Both the position numbers and the translations under genes were made by a program. From assembly GCA_050249455.1 (NCBI GenBank), contig JBFWQM010000001.1, positions 21,316 to 85,315 on the forward strand: a stretch of DNA of 64,000 nucleotides, given 5' to 3'. Shown here piece after piece: positions 36,476 through 48,929 of the stretch. Numbering within the stretch: the first letter of the stretch is position 1; the number at the start of each line of letters is the position of its first letter. The DNA is from Rhodospirillaceae bacterium. Its GTDB lineage: Bacteria > Pseudomonadota > Alphaproteobacteria > MPNO01 > VGEU01. The notes below the pieces were generated by a model. It did not search any database. It saw nothing but the letters and a program-made list of their open reading frames with translations, and was not told the DNA's origin.

Positions 36476-38318
36476 GCGACCCGGCGCGGCGCGCGCGGCA
36501 TTGGCCGCGGCGGCGTTTGCGGCCGGTCTTCTCGGCGCGGCGGCCGCAGCGCAGGACGCGCCGGGGCCGCCCGTTCGGCTGGTGCCGGCCCGGCCCGGCG
36601 CCGCGCCCGCGCCTCCGGCCGCCGCGGCGCCGGCGCCGACGGTCACCCCGCGCGCGGCGCCCCCGGACGGGCCGGCTGCCGCGTCTTCGCCCGCCCGCCC
36701 CGGCCGCAGCATCGAAGCGGTGCCGCTCGGCGCGCCCGACCCGGATTCGGTCGGCACGCTTGACACCGCCCAGGGCGGCTTCGGCGTCGACATGTGGGCC
36801 GAAACCGACCGCGCGGTGGTGGAGGCGCTGCTGCCGGCGCTGCCCGAGGCCTCCTCGCGCGCCGCCGCGGCGATGGCCCGCCGGCTCCTGCTCAGCCGCG
36901 CTGTCGCGCCCGCGGGCGCGCGGGGCGACGGCGTGCCCGCGGGCGCGCGGGGCGAAAGCCTGCTCGCGCTGCGCGCCGAGCGGCTGATCGCGATGGCCGA
37001 CGCCCGGGGCGCCGCGGCGCTGCTCGCCGCCGCGCCGCGCAGCGACGACGAGCGGCTGTCGCTGGCCGAGGCGGAGGCGCTGTTCCTCGCCAAGGACGAG
37101 AACGCCGCCTGCGCGCGGGTGCGCGCCGCGCCGCGCAGCTTCGCCAGCCCCTATTGGCAGCAGGCCGACGCGTTCTGCCTGGCGCTGACCGGCGACCATG
37201 CGCGCGCCGCGCTGAGCGCCAGCGTGCTGCGCGAACGCAGCCGCGAGGTGCCGGAAGGGTTCTTCGCCCTGATCGAGGCGCTGGGCGGCGACAAGCGGGT
37301 GGAAGTCGGGAAGCTGGAGCCGCCGCGCGCGCTGTACGGCGCGATGCTGCGCGCCGCCGCGGTGAAGCCGCCGCGCGCGCTGGCGGAAAGCAGGTCGCCG
37401 CTGCTGCTGCGTGCGGTCGCCGAAAGCGCCGCCGCCGATCCCGAGCAGCGGCTGGAGGCGGCGGAGCGCGCGGCGCGCCTGGGCATCCTGTCGCCGGAAG
37501 AGCTGGTCGCCGCCTACGAGGCGGTGACGCTCGATGCCAACGAGATGGCCGATCCGCTGACCGCCGCGGCGCGCAAGTGGGGGCCGCGGGCGCGTGCGCT
37601 GCTGCTGCGCGCGGTGTCGGTGCAGGTCACCCCGCAGGCCAAGGCGAGCCTGCTCAAGGCGGCGCTCGACCTCGCGCGCGGGCGCGACGGCCGCGACGTC
37701 CTGCTGCTCGGCGCCGGCGTCGGGCTGCGCGGCCTGCGGCCCGAGCAGTCGGTGGCGCCGGTCGCGGCGGATGCGGCGCGCGCGCTGATGCTCGGCGGAC
37801 GCATCGACGACGCGCTCGCATGGGTGCGCCTGGCGCGTGACGGCGCGCGCTTCGACCGCGACGTCGCCGCGGCGTGGCAGGCTTTGGTGCCGCTGGTGCT
37901 GATCGCCGAGCCCGACGACGACCCGGTGGGCGACAAGGCGACGATCGATCGCGCCCTGGCGCTGCCGGCGGATGCGGACGCCGCGGCCGTGCGCCGGCAA
38001 TTCCTGCGGCTCGCCGCGCTCGACGGCTTCGAGCGCGCGATCGGCACGCCGCGCTGGCTGGCGCTCAGCCGCGCCATGCGCGCCGCCCCGGTTGCCGCGC
38101 TCGCCGATCCGGCGCTGCTGCTGGCGCTGCGCGAGGCGGCCGCCGAAGGCAGGGTCGGCGAAACCGTCCTGCTCGCGCTGGTCGTGCTCGGCGGCGACGG
38201 CGCGGCCGCGGTGCAGCCGCCGACGCTCAACGCCGTCGTCGCGGCGCTGCGCACCGCCGGACTCGAGGCGGAGGCGCAGGCGATCGCCCTCGAAACGATG
38301 ATCCTGGCCGGCGACTAG
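36456..38318 (+). CDS. secreted Ala/Leu-rich helical-repeat protein, unknown function
   Basis: 620 aa with a signal-peptide-like N-terminus ([18 protein letters not shown]), a Pro/Ala linker, then a long helical region. Preferred over the antisense Arg/Gly-rich ORF 36447..38477. Confidence 0.65.
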   Translation: MTASSARRPGAARAALAAAAFAAGLLGAAAAAQDAPGPPVRLVPARPGAAPAPPAAAAPAPTVTPRAAPPDGPAAASSPARPGRSIEAVPLGAPDPDSVGTLDTAQGGFGVDMWAETDRAVVEALLPALPEASSRAAAAMARRLLLSRAVAPAGARGDGVPAGARGESLLALRAERLIAMADARGAAALLAAAPRSDDERLSLAEAEALFLAKDENAACARVRAAPRSFASPYWQQADAFCLALTGDHARAALSASVLRERSREVPEGFFALIEALGGDKRVEVGKLEPPRALYGAMLRAAAVKPPRALAESRSPLLLRAVAESAAADPEQRLEAAERAARLGILSPEELVAAYEAVTLDANEMADPLTAAARKWGPRARALLLRAVSVQVTPQAKASLLKAALDLARGRDGRDVLLLGAGVGLRGLRPEQSVAPVAADAARALMLGGRIDDALAWVRLARDGARFDRDVAAAWQALVPLVLIAEPDDDPVGDKATIDRALALPADADAAAVRRQFLRLAALDGFERAIGTPRWLALSRAMRAAPVAALADPALLLALREAAAEGRVGETVLLALVVLGGDGAAAVQPPTLNAVVAALRTAGLEAEAQAIALETMILAGD

Positions 38319-38320
38319 CG

Positions 38321-39244
38321 ATGGCGGACGCGGCGGACGGCCGGCTGATCGAGGCGTTCCTGGAGATGATGGTGGCCGAGCGCGGGGCCGCGGCGAACAC
38401 CGTGGATTCCTACCGCCGCGACCTCGCCGACGCGGCGCGCCTGCTGGCTGCGCGCGGCGTCGCGCTGGAGAACGCAACGGCGGCCGACGTGCGCGACTAC
38501 CTCAACCACCTCGCAGTTGGCGGCCGCGCTGCGCCGACGGCGAGCCGGCGGCTTTCGGCGCTGCGCCAGTTCTTCCGCTTCCTGGTGTCCGACGGCCGGC
38601 GGCCGGACGACCCGACCGCGGCGGTCGACGCGCCGCGCCGCGGCCGGCCGCTGCCCAAGATCCTCACCGAGGCGGAGGTCGAGGCGCTGCTCGCCGCCGC
38701 CGCCGCGCGCGAAGGCCGCGCCGGCCGCCGCATCGAGGCGTTGCTCGAGATTCTGTATGCGACCGGCATGCGCGTGTCGGAGCTCGTCGGGCTGCCGGCG
38801 GGCGCGATCGCGCGCGACCGCCGCTTCGTCCTGATCCGCGGCAAGGGCGGCAAGGAGCGCATGGTACCGCTGTCGGAACCGGCACAGCGCGCGCTCGCCG
38901 CGTGGCTGGATGCGTCGGCGCGGCGCGGCGCGGCGTCGCGCTGGGTGTTCCCGTCGCATGGCGACACGGGCCACCTGACGCGCCAGCGCTTCGCACAGCT
39001 CCTTAAGGACATCGCCGCGGACGCCGGTATTGACCCCGGGCGGGTATCCCCGCATGTTGTGCGCCACGCGTTCGCCAGCCATCTCCTTGCGCACGGCGCG
39101 GATCTCCGAACGGTTCAGCAGATGCTCGGTCACGCCGATATCGCCACGACCCAGATCTACACCCATGTGCTCGACGAGCGCCTCAACGCGCTGGTTCGCG
39201 CGCATCACCCGCTGGCGCGCCGCGGCGCGCGCGCGCGCGACTGA
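38321..39244 (+). CDS. xerD: site-specific tyrosine recombinase XerD
   Basis: 307 aa from ATG 38321. [39 protein letters not shown] (catalytic R..HxxR..Y pattern). Confidence 0.9.
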   Translation: MADAADGRLIEAFLEMMVAERGAAANTVDSYRRDLADAARLLAARGVALENATAADVRDYLNHLAVGGRAAPTASRRLSALRQFFRFLVSDGRRPDDPTAAVDAPRRGRPLPKILTEAEVEALLAAAAAREGRAGRRIEALLEILYATGMRVSELVGLPAGAIARDRRFVLIRGKGGKERMVPLSEPAQRALAAWLDASARRGAASRWVFPSHGDTGHLTRQRFAQLLKDIAADAGIDPGRVSPHVVRHAFASHLLAHGADLRTVQQMLGHADIATTQIYTHVLDERLNALVRAHHPLARRGARARD

Positions 39245-39259
39245 GCGTCGGACGGTTCC

Positions 39260-40237
39260 GTGGCCGAAACAAGCCGCTCGATGCTGAGCCACCTCGACTT
39301 CGAGCAGTCGATCGTCGAGCTCGAGACCAAGATCGAGGAGCTGCGCCACCTGTCGGACGCCAGCGACCTCAAGATCGCCGGCGAAGTGTCGCGGCTGCAG
39401 GCGCGCCTCGACCGCATGCTGCGCCAGGCCTACGCCAAGCTCAGCCCCTGGCAGAAGGTGCAGGTCGCACGCCATCCGCGCCGGCCGCATTGCCAGGACT
39501 TCATCGACGGCCTGATCACCGACTTCACGCCGCTGGCCGGCGACCGCGGCTTCGCCGAGGACGCAGCCATCGTCGGCGGGCTCGGCCGGTTCCGCGGCGA
39601 GAGCGTCGTGGTGATCGGCCAGGAGAAGGGCGCCGACACCGACTCTCGGGTGAAGCACAATTTCGGCATGGCCAAGCCCGAAGGCTACCGCAAGGCGCAG
39701 CGCCTGATGCAGCTCGCGGAGCGCTTCGGCCTGCCGGTCGTCACGCTGGTCGACACCCCCGGCGCCTATCCCGGCGTCGGCGCGGAGGAGCGCGGCCAGG
39801 CCGAGGCGATCGCGCGCTCGATCGACGTGTGCCTGTCGCTGCAGGTGCCGGTCGTCGCCACCGTGATCGGCGAAGGCGGCTCCGGCGGCGCCATCGCGCT
39901 CGCCGCCGCGGACAGGGTGCTGATGCTGGAGCACGCGGTCTATTCGGTGATCTCGCCGGAAGGCTGCGCCTCGATCCTGTGGCGCAACGGCGCCAATGCG
40001 AAGGAGGCGGCGGAGGCGCTGAAGCTCACCGCTTCCGACCTGCTGCAGCTGCGCGTGATCGACGAGGTGGTGCCGGAGCCGGTCGGCGCCGCGCACCGCA
40101 GCCCTGAGGAGGCGATCCGCCGCACCGGCGATGCGATCGAAGCGGCGCTGCGTCCGCTCGCGGCCGAGGACGGGCCGGCGCTCAAGGCGCGCCGGCGCGA
40201 CAAGTTCCTTGCCATCGGCGCGCAGTTCGTCCTTTAG
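39260..40237 (+). CDS. accA: acetyl-CoA carboxylase carboxyltransferase alpha subunit
   Basis: [48 protein letters not shown]-like [12 protein letters not shown]. An alternative ATG start is at 39281. Confidence 0.9.
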   Translation: MAETSRSMLSHLDFEQSIVELETKIEELRHLSDASDLKIAGEVSRLQARLDRMLRQAYAKLSPWQKVQVARHPRRPHCQDFIDGLITDFTPLAGDRGFAEDAAIVGGLGRFRGESVVVIGQEKGADTDSRVKHNFGMAKPEGYRKAQRLMQLAERFGLPVVTLVDTPGAYPGVGAEERGQAEAIARSIDVCLSLQVPVVATVIGEGGSGGAIALAAADRVLMLEHAVYSVISPEGCASILWRNGANAKEAAEALKLTASDLLQLRVIDEVVPEPVGAAHRSPEEAIRRTGDAIEAALRPLAAEDGPALKARRRDKFLAIGAQFVL

Positions 40238-40250
40238 CGCGGAGCCGCGG

Positions 40251-41771
40251 GTGGGCCGTTGGCTCGCGCTCGGGCTGTTCGCTGTCGCGCTGCCCGCCGC
40301 CAAGGCCGCGCTCATCTACCTCGCCGGCCACGCCAACCACGACGTCGCGTGGCTTCTGGTCGCCGCCGAGCGGCTGTTCGACGGCGGGCGCTACTACCAC
40401 GACATCCTGGAGCCAAACCCGCCGGTGACGCTGGCGGTGATGGCGCCCGGCCTGGTCATCGACGACCTGCTCGACATCGCGACCTATCCCGCCTACCTCG
40501 CCTGGGTCGTCGCGCTGATCGCCTTGTCGTCGCTGCTAACGTGGCGCAGCCTGCCGCGCGCGCTCGGCCGCGGCCCGTCCGACCCGCTGCCGGAGGCTTG
40601 GCTGGTGCCGGCGGCCCTGTGCCTGTTCCCGTGGTACGGCTTCGGCCAGCGCGAGCACCTGTTCGTCATCCTCTATCTGCCGGCCCTGGCGATGTTCCAG
40701 GCCGAGTGCCGCGGCCCCGGCCGCACGCGCGCGGCGTTCGCGGTGCCGGTGATGGCGCTGGCGACCTTCGGCCTGCTGATGAAGCCGTACTGGCTGCTGA
40801 TCCCCGCCGCGCAGGTCGCCCTGGCGCTGGTCGATGGCCGGCCGGTCCGGCGGTTCGTGCTGCTGGCGGCGCCGACCGCGACGGCGGTGGTCGCCGTCCT
40901 GGCCGCGCTCAACTGGTCGCTGCTCCACGAGTGGCTGAGCGTCGTGCCGCTGGCGACCGCGGTGTACGACGCCTATGACGACCCGCTGTGGCTGCCCAAG
41001 CTGCTGCCGCACGCGGCGATGATCGCGCTGGTCTGGGCGGCGCATCGCTACATGGTGCGCGACCGCGGCTCGACCGCGGTGGTCGTGCGCGACACGCTCG
41101 CCGCGGCGGCGGCGGCACTGGTGGTGGTGTTCCTGCAGCGCAAGGCGTTCCCCTATCACCTGCTGCCGACCATCCAGCTCACCGCGCTGGCCGCCGGCGT
41201 CGTGCTGCTGCGGCTCCTGAGCGACGGCGTCGCGCTGCGCCGCCCGGCCGTCACGCCGCGCGCGGCGGTGGCGCTGGTGTGCGCCGGCCTGGTGTTCCAG
41301 GCGGCGCCGGTGCTCTACCGCGCGTTCCGGCCCGTCCCGGCGGAGGAGCGCGAGCTGATCGCGCTGGCCGCGGGACCGGCGGCGGGACGGCCGTTCCTCG
41401 CCGTGTCGACCAGCGTGTGGCCCGCGTTCCCGATGGCGCTCGACAGCGGCGCGCAGTGGGTGGGCCGGGTCGGCTGCCAGTGGATGATCCCCGGTGCGCT
41501 GCGCCTGTCGCAGGGCGCGAGCGACGGCGACCGCGCGCAGGGCGCGCACTATGCCGGCATCGCGCTGGCCATGCTGGCCGAGGACATCGCCCGCGGCCGC
41601 CCGGCGGTGCTGGCGGTCGCGATCGGCGCGGACGGGCAGGGCCTCGACGGCCCGTTCGACCTGCTGGCCTACCTGCGCAGCCACGACGGCCTGCGCGGCG
41701 AGCTCGATGCCTACCGCGAGCGCGCCCGCGGCGCCTACTGGGCGGTCTACGACCGCGTGTCGCCGGGCTGA
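40251..41771 (+). CDS. polytopic membrane protein, paralogue 1 of 3 (GT-C-glycosyltransferase-like loop motifs)
   Basis: 506 aa from GTG 40251, with GGAG 6 nt upstream. Shares motifs with the two downstream ORFs: H-x-NHD-x-x-WL, E-x-x-PP, PEAWLV, FGQ(R/K)EHLF, LMKPYWLL, Q(R/L)K-x-x-x-YH-x-LP, WPAFP, QW-x-x-PGA. Confidence 0.7.
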   Translation: MGRWLALGLFAVALPAAKAALIYLAGHANHDVAWLLVAAERLFDGGRYYHDILEPNPPVTLAVMAPGLVIDDLLDIATYPAYLAWVVALIALSSLLTWRSLPRALGRGPSDPLPEAWLVPAALCLFPWYGFGQREHLFVILYLPALAMFQAECRGPGRTRAAFAVPVMALATFGLLMKPYWLLIPAAQVALALVDGRPVRRFVLLAAPTATAVVAVLAALNWSLLHEWLSVVPLATAVYDAYDDPLWLPKLLPHAAMIALVWAAHRYMVRDRGSTAVVVRDTLAAAAAALVVVFLQRKAFPYHLLPTIQLTALAAGVVLLRLLSDGVALRRPAVTPRAAVALVCAGLVFQAAPVLYRAFRPVPAEERELIALAAGPAAGRPFLAVSTSVWPAFPMALDSGAQWVGRVGCQWMIPGALRLSQGASDGDRAQGAHYAGIALAMLAEDIARGRPAVLAVAIGADGQGLDGPFDLLAYLRSHDGLRGELDAYRERARGAYWAVYDRVSPG

Positions 41772-41834
41772 TCGGCAACCGAAAGTAAACCTTGTCGGCG
41801 TATCGATGCCGGCCGAAGGCAGCACGCCCAAGCC

Positions 41835-43397
41835 ATGGCATCGACCGCCCACACCCACGGCCTCACGCCCGGCGCGACGCGCCGGACGTCTTCCCAGCAG
41901 CTGGCGCTGGCCGTGTTCGCGGTGGCGCTCGCCGGCGCCGCGGCCGCGGTGCTGGCGCGTTACGGTCACGTCAACCACGACACCGTCTGGCTGGTCATGG
42001 CGGCCGAGCGCCTGCTCGACGGCGGACGCTATATCGACGACGTCCTGGAGCTGAGCCCGCCGGTCCTGCTGGCCGCCTACATGCCCGGCGCGGTCGCCGG
42101 CCGCGTGTTCGGGATCGACCCCTATGCCGCCCATCTCGGCTGGGTCGCGCTGCTGATCGCGGGGGCGACCCTGCTGTGCCGGCCCGGGCTGCAGCGCCTG
42201 TTCGACCGGGCCGACGGCCAGCCGCTGCCGGAAGCCTGGCTGGTGCCAGTCGTGCTCGCGGCGATGCCGGGCTACGACTTCGGCCAGAAGGAGCATCTGT
42301 TCGTCATCCTGTCCCTGCCGGCGCTGGTGCTGCTGGCCGCGGAACGGCAGCGGCCGGGGACGCCGGCCGGCCTGGTGATCGCCGCGACCGTGCCGGCGGC
42401 GGTGGCGCTGACGATGAAGCCGTACTGGCTGCTGGTGCCCGCGGCGCTCGTCGCGTGGGCGGCGCTCGGCCCCAGGGTCGGACGCCGGTTCGCGGCCGTC
42501 GCGCTTGCGGCCGCTGCCGCCGCGGTCGCCGCCATAGCCGTCGCGACCCTGGCCGGATACGCCGGCTGGGCGACGATCGCCGGCTGGGCGACGGAGCTGC
42601 ACGATGCGTTCGGCGTCGCGCCGGCGCGGCTCGCGCGGCGGACGGAGACGGCGGCGATCGTGCTGGTCTTCGCGGCCGCGGCGACCGGCGCCTTCCTGCC
42701 GCGCGGCACGGCCGCGCGCACGCTCGCGGGAGGGCTCGTCGTCGCGGCCGCCGCGGCGTTCGCCGCGGCGCTGCTCCAGCGCAAGGGCTGGGCCTACCAC
42801 CTGCTGCCCGTGGTGCAGTGCGCGACGCTGGCGATCGGCCTGGTGGTGCTCCGCCTCCTGCGCGACCGCGACGTGCCGCGACGGCTTGCCGGCGGCCTTC
42901 TCGTCGCGGTCGCGATGACGACCGTCGTGCAGCACGTCTACCTCGCGGTGAACCGGGCGTTCCGGTCGGACCCCGCGTTCGTCGGCGAATTCGCGGCGCA
43001 CCTGCGCGACCATGCCGCCGGCCGCAGCTTCCTCGCGATCTCCACAAACCAATGGCCGGCGTTTCCCGCGGTGGTCCTGGCCGGCGCGCGCTGGGTGTCG
43101 CGTGCGCCGCATCAGTGGATGTTCCCCGGCGCCGTGCGCCTACTCTCCGGCGACGCCGAACAGCGGGCGCGCGGCGCGCATTACCGCGACATGGCGCTGG
43201 CCATGATCGCCGACGACATCGAGCGCCACCGCCCGCACGCCATCGCGATCGACGTCGGCGCCGACCAGCAGGGCGTCGGCGATGGCTTCGACATGCCGGG
43301 CTTCCTGCGCCAGGATCCGCGGCTGCGCGCGCTGCTCGACGGCTATCGCGAGGTCGCGCGCGACGACCGCTGGGTCTTCTATGTCGCCGGCCCGTGA
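41835..43397 (+). CDS. polytopic membrane protein, paralogue 2 of 3
   Basis: 520 aa with the same motif set and length as paralogue 1. The start is uncertain because there is no strong RBS. Confidence 0.7.
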   Translation: MASTAHTHGLTPGATRRTSSQQLALAVFAVALAGAAAAVLARYGHVNHDTVWLVMAAERLLDGGRYIDDVLELSPPVLLAAYMPGAVAGRVFGIDPYAAHLGWVALLIAGATLLCRPGLQRLFDRADGQPLPEAWLVPVVLAAMPGYDFGQKEHLFVILSLPALVLLAAERQRPGTPAGLVIAATVPAAVALTMKPYWLLVPAALVAWAALGPRVGRRFAAVALAAAAAAVAAIAVATLAGYAGWATIAGWATELHDAFGVAPARLARRTETAAIVLVFAAAATGAFLPRGTAARTLAGGLVVAAAAAFAAALLQRKGWAYHLLPVVQCATLAIGLVVLRLLRDRDVPRRLAGGLLVAVAMTTVVQHVYLAVNRAFRSDPAFVGEFAAHLRDHAAGRSFLAISTNQWPAFPAVVLAGARWVSRAPHQWMFPGAVRLLSGDAEQRARGAHYRDMALAMIADDIERHRPHAIAIDVGADQQGVGDGFDMPGFLRQDPRLRALLDGYREVARDDRWVFYVAGP

Positions 43398-44892
43398 GGC
43401 GCGCGCGCTGAGCGCAGGCCGCAGCCGGTCGGTCGACGCCGTGGCGGCGGCGGCGTTCTCGCTTGCGGTCGCGGTGGCGGCGGCGGGCGCGCTGCTGCTG
43501 TTCGGGCACCTCAACCACGACGTCGCGTGGCTGCTGGTGGCCGCCGGACGGCTGGCGGCCGGGGGCCGCTACGGCCTCGACCTCGTGGAGCCCACGCCGC
43601 CGCTCGCGCTCGTGGTCATGGCGCCGGCGCTCGCGCTGCGCGACCTTGCCGGCATCGCGCTCTACCCGGCGTACCTCGCCTGGGTGTGCGTCCTGGTCGC
43701 CGGCGCCGCGGCGCTGTCGCGGCCGATGCTGCGCGCCGCGCTGGGCCGCGCCGCGGACGGGCCGTTGCCGGAGGCGTGGCTGGTCGCGCCGGCGCTGGCG
43801 CTGCTGCCGGGCTACGATTTCGGCCAGAAGGAGCATTTGTTCGCCGTGCTCGCGACGCCGGCGGTGCTGTTGTTCGCCGCGCGCGGACCGGTGGCGCCGG
43901 CGCCGGCGCTGGCCGCGCTCGTGATCGGCGCTGTCGCCGTCCTGATGAAGCCCTACTGGCTCGTGGTCCCGGCCGTGGTCGCCGCCGCGGCGCTCGCGGA
44001 GCGCCGTCTCGACCGCCGGCGGGCGGCGCAGGCCGCCGCCATGTTCGCGGTCGCCGCGGCGGGCGTCGTCGCCGGCACGCTCGCGTGGTTCGGCGAATGG
44101 CTGGCCGTGGCGCGCCTCGCCGTCGACGTCTATGCCGCCTACGACCTCGCGCCCGTCGCGCTGGCGGCGACTGCCGCCGCCTATGCCGGCATGGTCGCGC
44201 TCGCGTGGTTCGCCGCCGGCCAGGCCGCGCCCGGCGATGGGGCCGTGCGCACCCTGCTGGTCGCCGCGGGGGCGGCCGTCGTCGCGGCGGCGGCGCAGCT
44301 CAAGGGCTGGCCGTACCACTACCTGCCGGCGGTGCTGTTCGCCGCGCTGGCGACCGGGATCGCGCTGGTGAACGGCGCGCGGCGCTCGCGCGCGGCGTCG
44401 CTCACGCTTGCCGCGCTGATCGCCGCGGTCGCGTTCACGCCGCTCACGCGCGCCTTCGCGCCCGAACCGGCGGATGTCGCGGAGTTCCGCGAGATGGTGC
44501 GCCGCCACGCGGCGGGCCAGCGGTTCCTGGCGCTCGACACCGACCTGTGGCCGGCATTCCCCGCGGCGGTGGAGGCGGGGGCGCGCTGGGCGTCGCGCGC
44601 CCCGGCGCAGTGGCTGGTCCCCGGCGCGGCGGCGCTGGTGGCCGGCGACGCCGCGGCGCGCGCGCGCGCCGATGCGGTGCGCACGCAGGCGCTCGACATG
44701 CTGGCGGAGGATCTGGCGCGCTACCGGCCGGCCGTGATCGCAGTGCGCATCGCGCCGCCGTTCCGCGGCCTGCCCGACGGCTTCGACCTAGCGGGTTGGC
44801 TGCGGCAGGACCCGCGCATCGCGGCGGCGCTCGACGGCTGCCGCCCGGTCGCGCGCGGCGCGGCGTGGACGTTCTGCAGGACAGGCGGCTGA
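43381..44892 (+). CDS. polytopic membrane protein, paralogue 3 of 3
   Basis: 503 aa from ATG 43381, overlapping paralogue 2 by 17 nt. Same motif set. Confidence 0.7.
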   Translation: MSPAREARALSAGRSRSVDAVAAAAFSLAVAVAAAGALLLFGHLNHDVAWLLVAAGRLAAGGRYGLDLVEPTPPLALVVMAPALALRDLAGIALYPAYLAWVCVLVAGAAALSRPMLRAALGRAADGPLPEAWLVAPALALLPGYDFGQKEHLFAVLATPAVLLFAARGPVAPAPALAALVIGAVAVLMKPYWLVVPAVVAAAALAERRLDRRRAAQAAAMFAVAAAGVVAGTLAWFGEWLAVARLAVDVYAAYDLAPVALAATAAAYAGMVALAWFAAGQAAPGDGAVRTLLVAAGAAVVAAAAQLKGWPYHYLPAVLFAALATGIALVNGARRSRAASLTLAALIAAVAFTPLTRAFAPEPADVAEFREMVRRHAAGQRFLALDTDLWPAFPAAVEAGARWASRAPAQWLVPGAAALVAGDAAARARADAVRTQALDMLAEDLARYRPAVIAVRIAPPFRGLPDGFDLAGWLRQDPRIAAALDGCRPVARGAAWTFCRTGG

Positions 44893-44902
44893 GCCGCCCG
44901 GC

Positions 44903-47716
<2,814 letters not shown>

Positions 47717-47976
47717 AAAAAGGTGTCCCCAAAAAGGGCGCAGTCGCGGACGCGACGGGCGAGGCCGCGCGCGAAAGCCACTGGACAGATAAGGGCGGGG
47801 TGGGGGTGTGTCAACGACGGCGTCCGGCGGCTGGACTGGCCGCGCGGTCCCTTGTGCGCGGCCCGGCAATATGCAAGATGCCGGTTGAAATTCGGTTACA
47901 GGCCAAAGATTTGCAGGCCTGCGGCGCGCCTCGGCCGTCGCCGACGGCAAGCCGCGCCTGCGCGAGAGGACACGTC

Positions 47977-48837
47977 ATGGTGAAGGACTGGTTGCGGTCG
48001 GCGGCGCTCGCCGCCGCTTTGGGTTGTGCGCCGCTCGCCGTGGCGGCCCAGGCCGCCGGTGCCGACCCGGTGGTCGCCCGGGTCAACGGCCAGGACATCA
48101 TGCGCTCGCAGGTGGACTCGATCCGCCAGATGCTGCCGCCGCAGTACCGCGAGCTGCCGATGAAGGACCTGTTCCCGGTGCTGCTCCGCCAGATGGTCGA
48201 CACCAAGCTGATGGCCGACGCGGCGCGGGCGGCGAAGCTGGACCAGGACGAGGCGGTCAAGCGCCGGCTGGCCATGTCGGCCGACCGGGTGCTGGAGCAG
48301 GCCTATGTCGACGACCAGCTCAAGCGTCAGGTGACCGACGAGGTGCTGAAGGCCCGCTACGCCGAGGCGTCGAAGGAGTTCAAGCCGACTGCCCAGGTGC
48401 GGGCGCGCCACATCCTGGTCGCCACCGAGCGCGATGCGCGCGGGGTCATCGCCGACCTGGAGAAGGGCGGCGACTTCGCCAAGCTGGCGCAGGAGCACTC
48501 GCGCGACGGCGCCGCGGCCAAGGGCGGCGACCTCGGCTATTTCGGCCAGGGCGACATGGTGCCGGCGTTCGCCGAGGCGGCGTTCAAGATGAAGCCGGGC
48601 GAGGTGTCCAAGGCGCCGGTGCAGACCCAGTTCGGCTGGCACGTGATCAAGGTGGAGGACCGGCGCACCTATGCCGGCCCGTCGTTCGAGGAGGCGCGCG
48701 AGGAGCTGTTCGCCGCCGTCTCGCAGGAGGCGATGGACAAGGTGCTGGAAGACCTGCGCGAAAAGGCGCAGATCGAGACGTTCGGCCCCGATGGCCCCGA
48801 CGCCGCGCCGGAGATCCGGCTGGTGCCGCGCCGATAG
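47977..48837 (+). CDS. periplasmic parvulin-type peptidyl-prolyl isomerase (SurA/PpiC-like)
   Basis: 286 aa from ATG 47977 with a signal peptide. Parvulin core: ARHILV...GGDLGYFGQGDMVPAFAEAAF...FGWHVIKVED. Confidence 0.85.
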   Translation: MVKDWLRSAALAAALGCAPLAVAAQAAGADPVVARVNGQDIMRSQVDSIRQMLPPQYRELPMKDLFPVLLRQMVDTKLMADAARAAKLDQDEAVKRRLAMSADRVLEQAYVDDQLKRQVTDEVLKARYAEASKEFKPTAQVRARHILVATERDARGVIADLEKGGDFAKLAQEHSRDGAAAKGGDLGYFGQGDMVPAFAEAAFKMKPGEVSKAPVQTQFGWHVIKVEDRRTYAGPSFEEAREELFAAVSQEAMDKVLEDLREKAQIETFGPDGPDAAPEIRLVPRR

Positions 48838-48854
48838 GCTCGCTTTCCTCTGGT

Positions 48855-48888
48855 TATGGCCGGGTCAAGCCCGGTCATGACGATATCA
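48855..48888. repeat. short GC hairpin repeat (GGCCGGGTCAAGCCCGGTCATGAC type)
   Basis: The CCGGGTCAAGCCCGG core resembles the CTCCGGCTTGACCGGAG / CTCCGGTCAAGCCGGAG arm cores at 60333-60445. Intergenic, upstream of argJ. Confidence 0.4.
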
Positions 48889-48929
48889 GGACCTTCCCCG
48901 ACCCCGTTGCAACCAGCCGCTCGCTCGCC

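Noticed and set aside
36447-38477. 676-aa minus-strand ORF competing with the plus-strand 620-aa gene
   Set aside because: The minus translation is Arg/Gly-dominated low complexity. The plus frame has a signal-peptide-like start, balanced composition and translational coupling to xerD. The strand choice is still less certain than for genes with known families.
38321-39244. Tyrosine recombinase as marker of an integrated mobile element or prophage
   Set aside because: The sequence and context (aroK-aroB upstream, accA downstream) fit housekeeping XerD. I saw no flanking att-like direct repeats, phage genes, tRNA target or compositional shift.
40536-44508. Minus-strand ORFs of 858 aa (40536..43112) and 734 aa (42304..44508) antisense to the three membrane-protein paralogues
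   Set aside because: They are Arg/Pro/Gly-rich with no motifs. The plus-strand frames give three mutually similar hydrophobic proteins, which cannot arise by chance.
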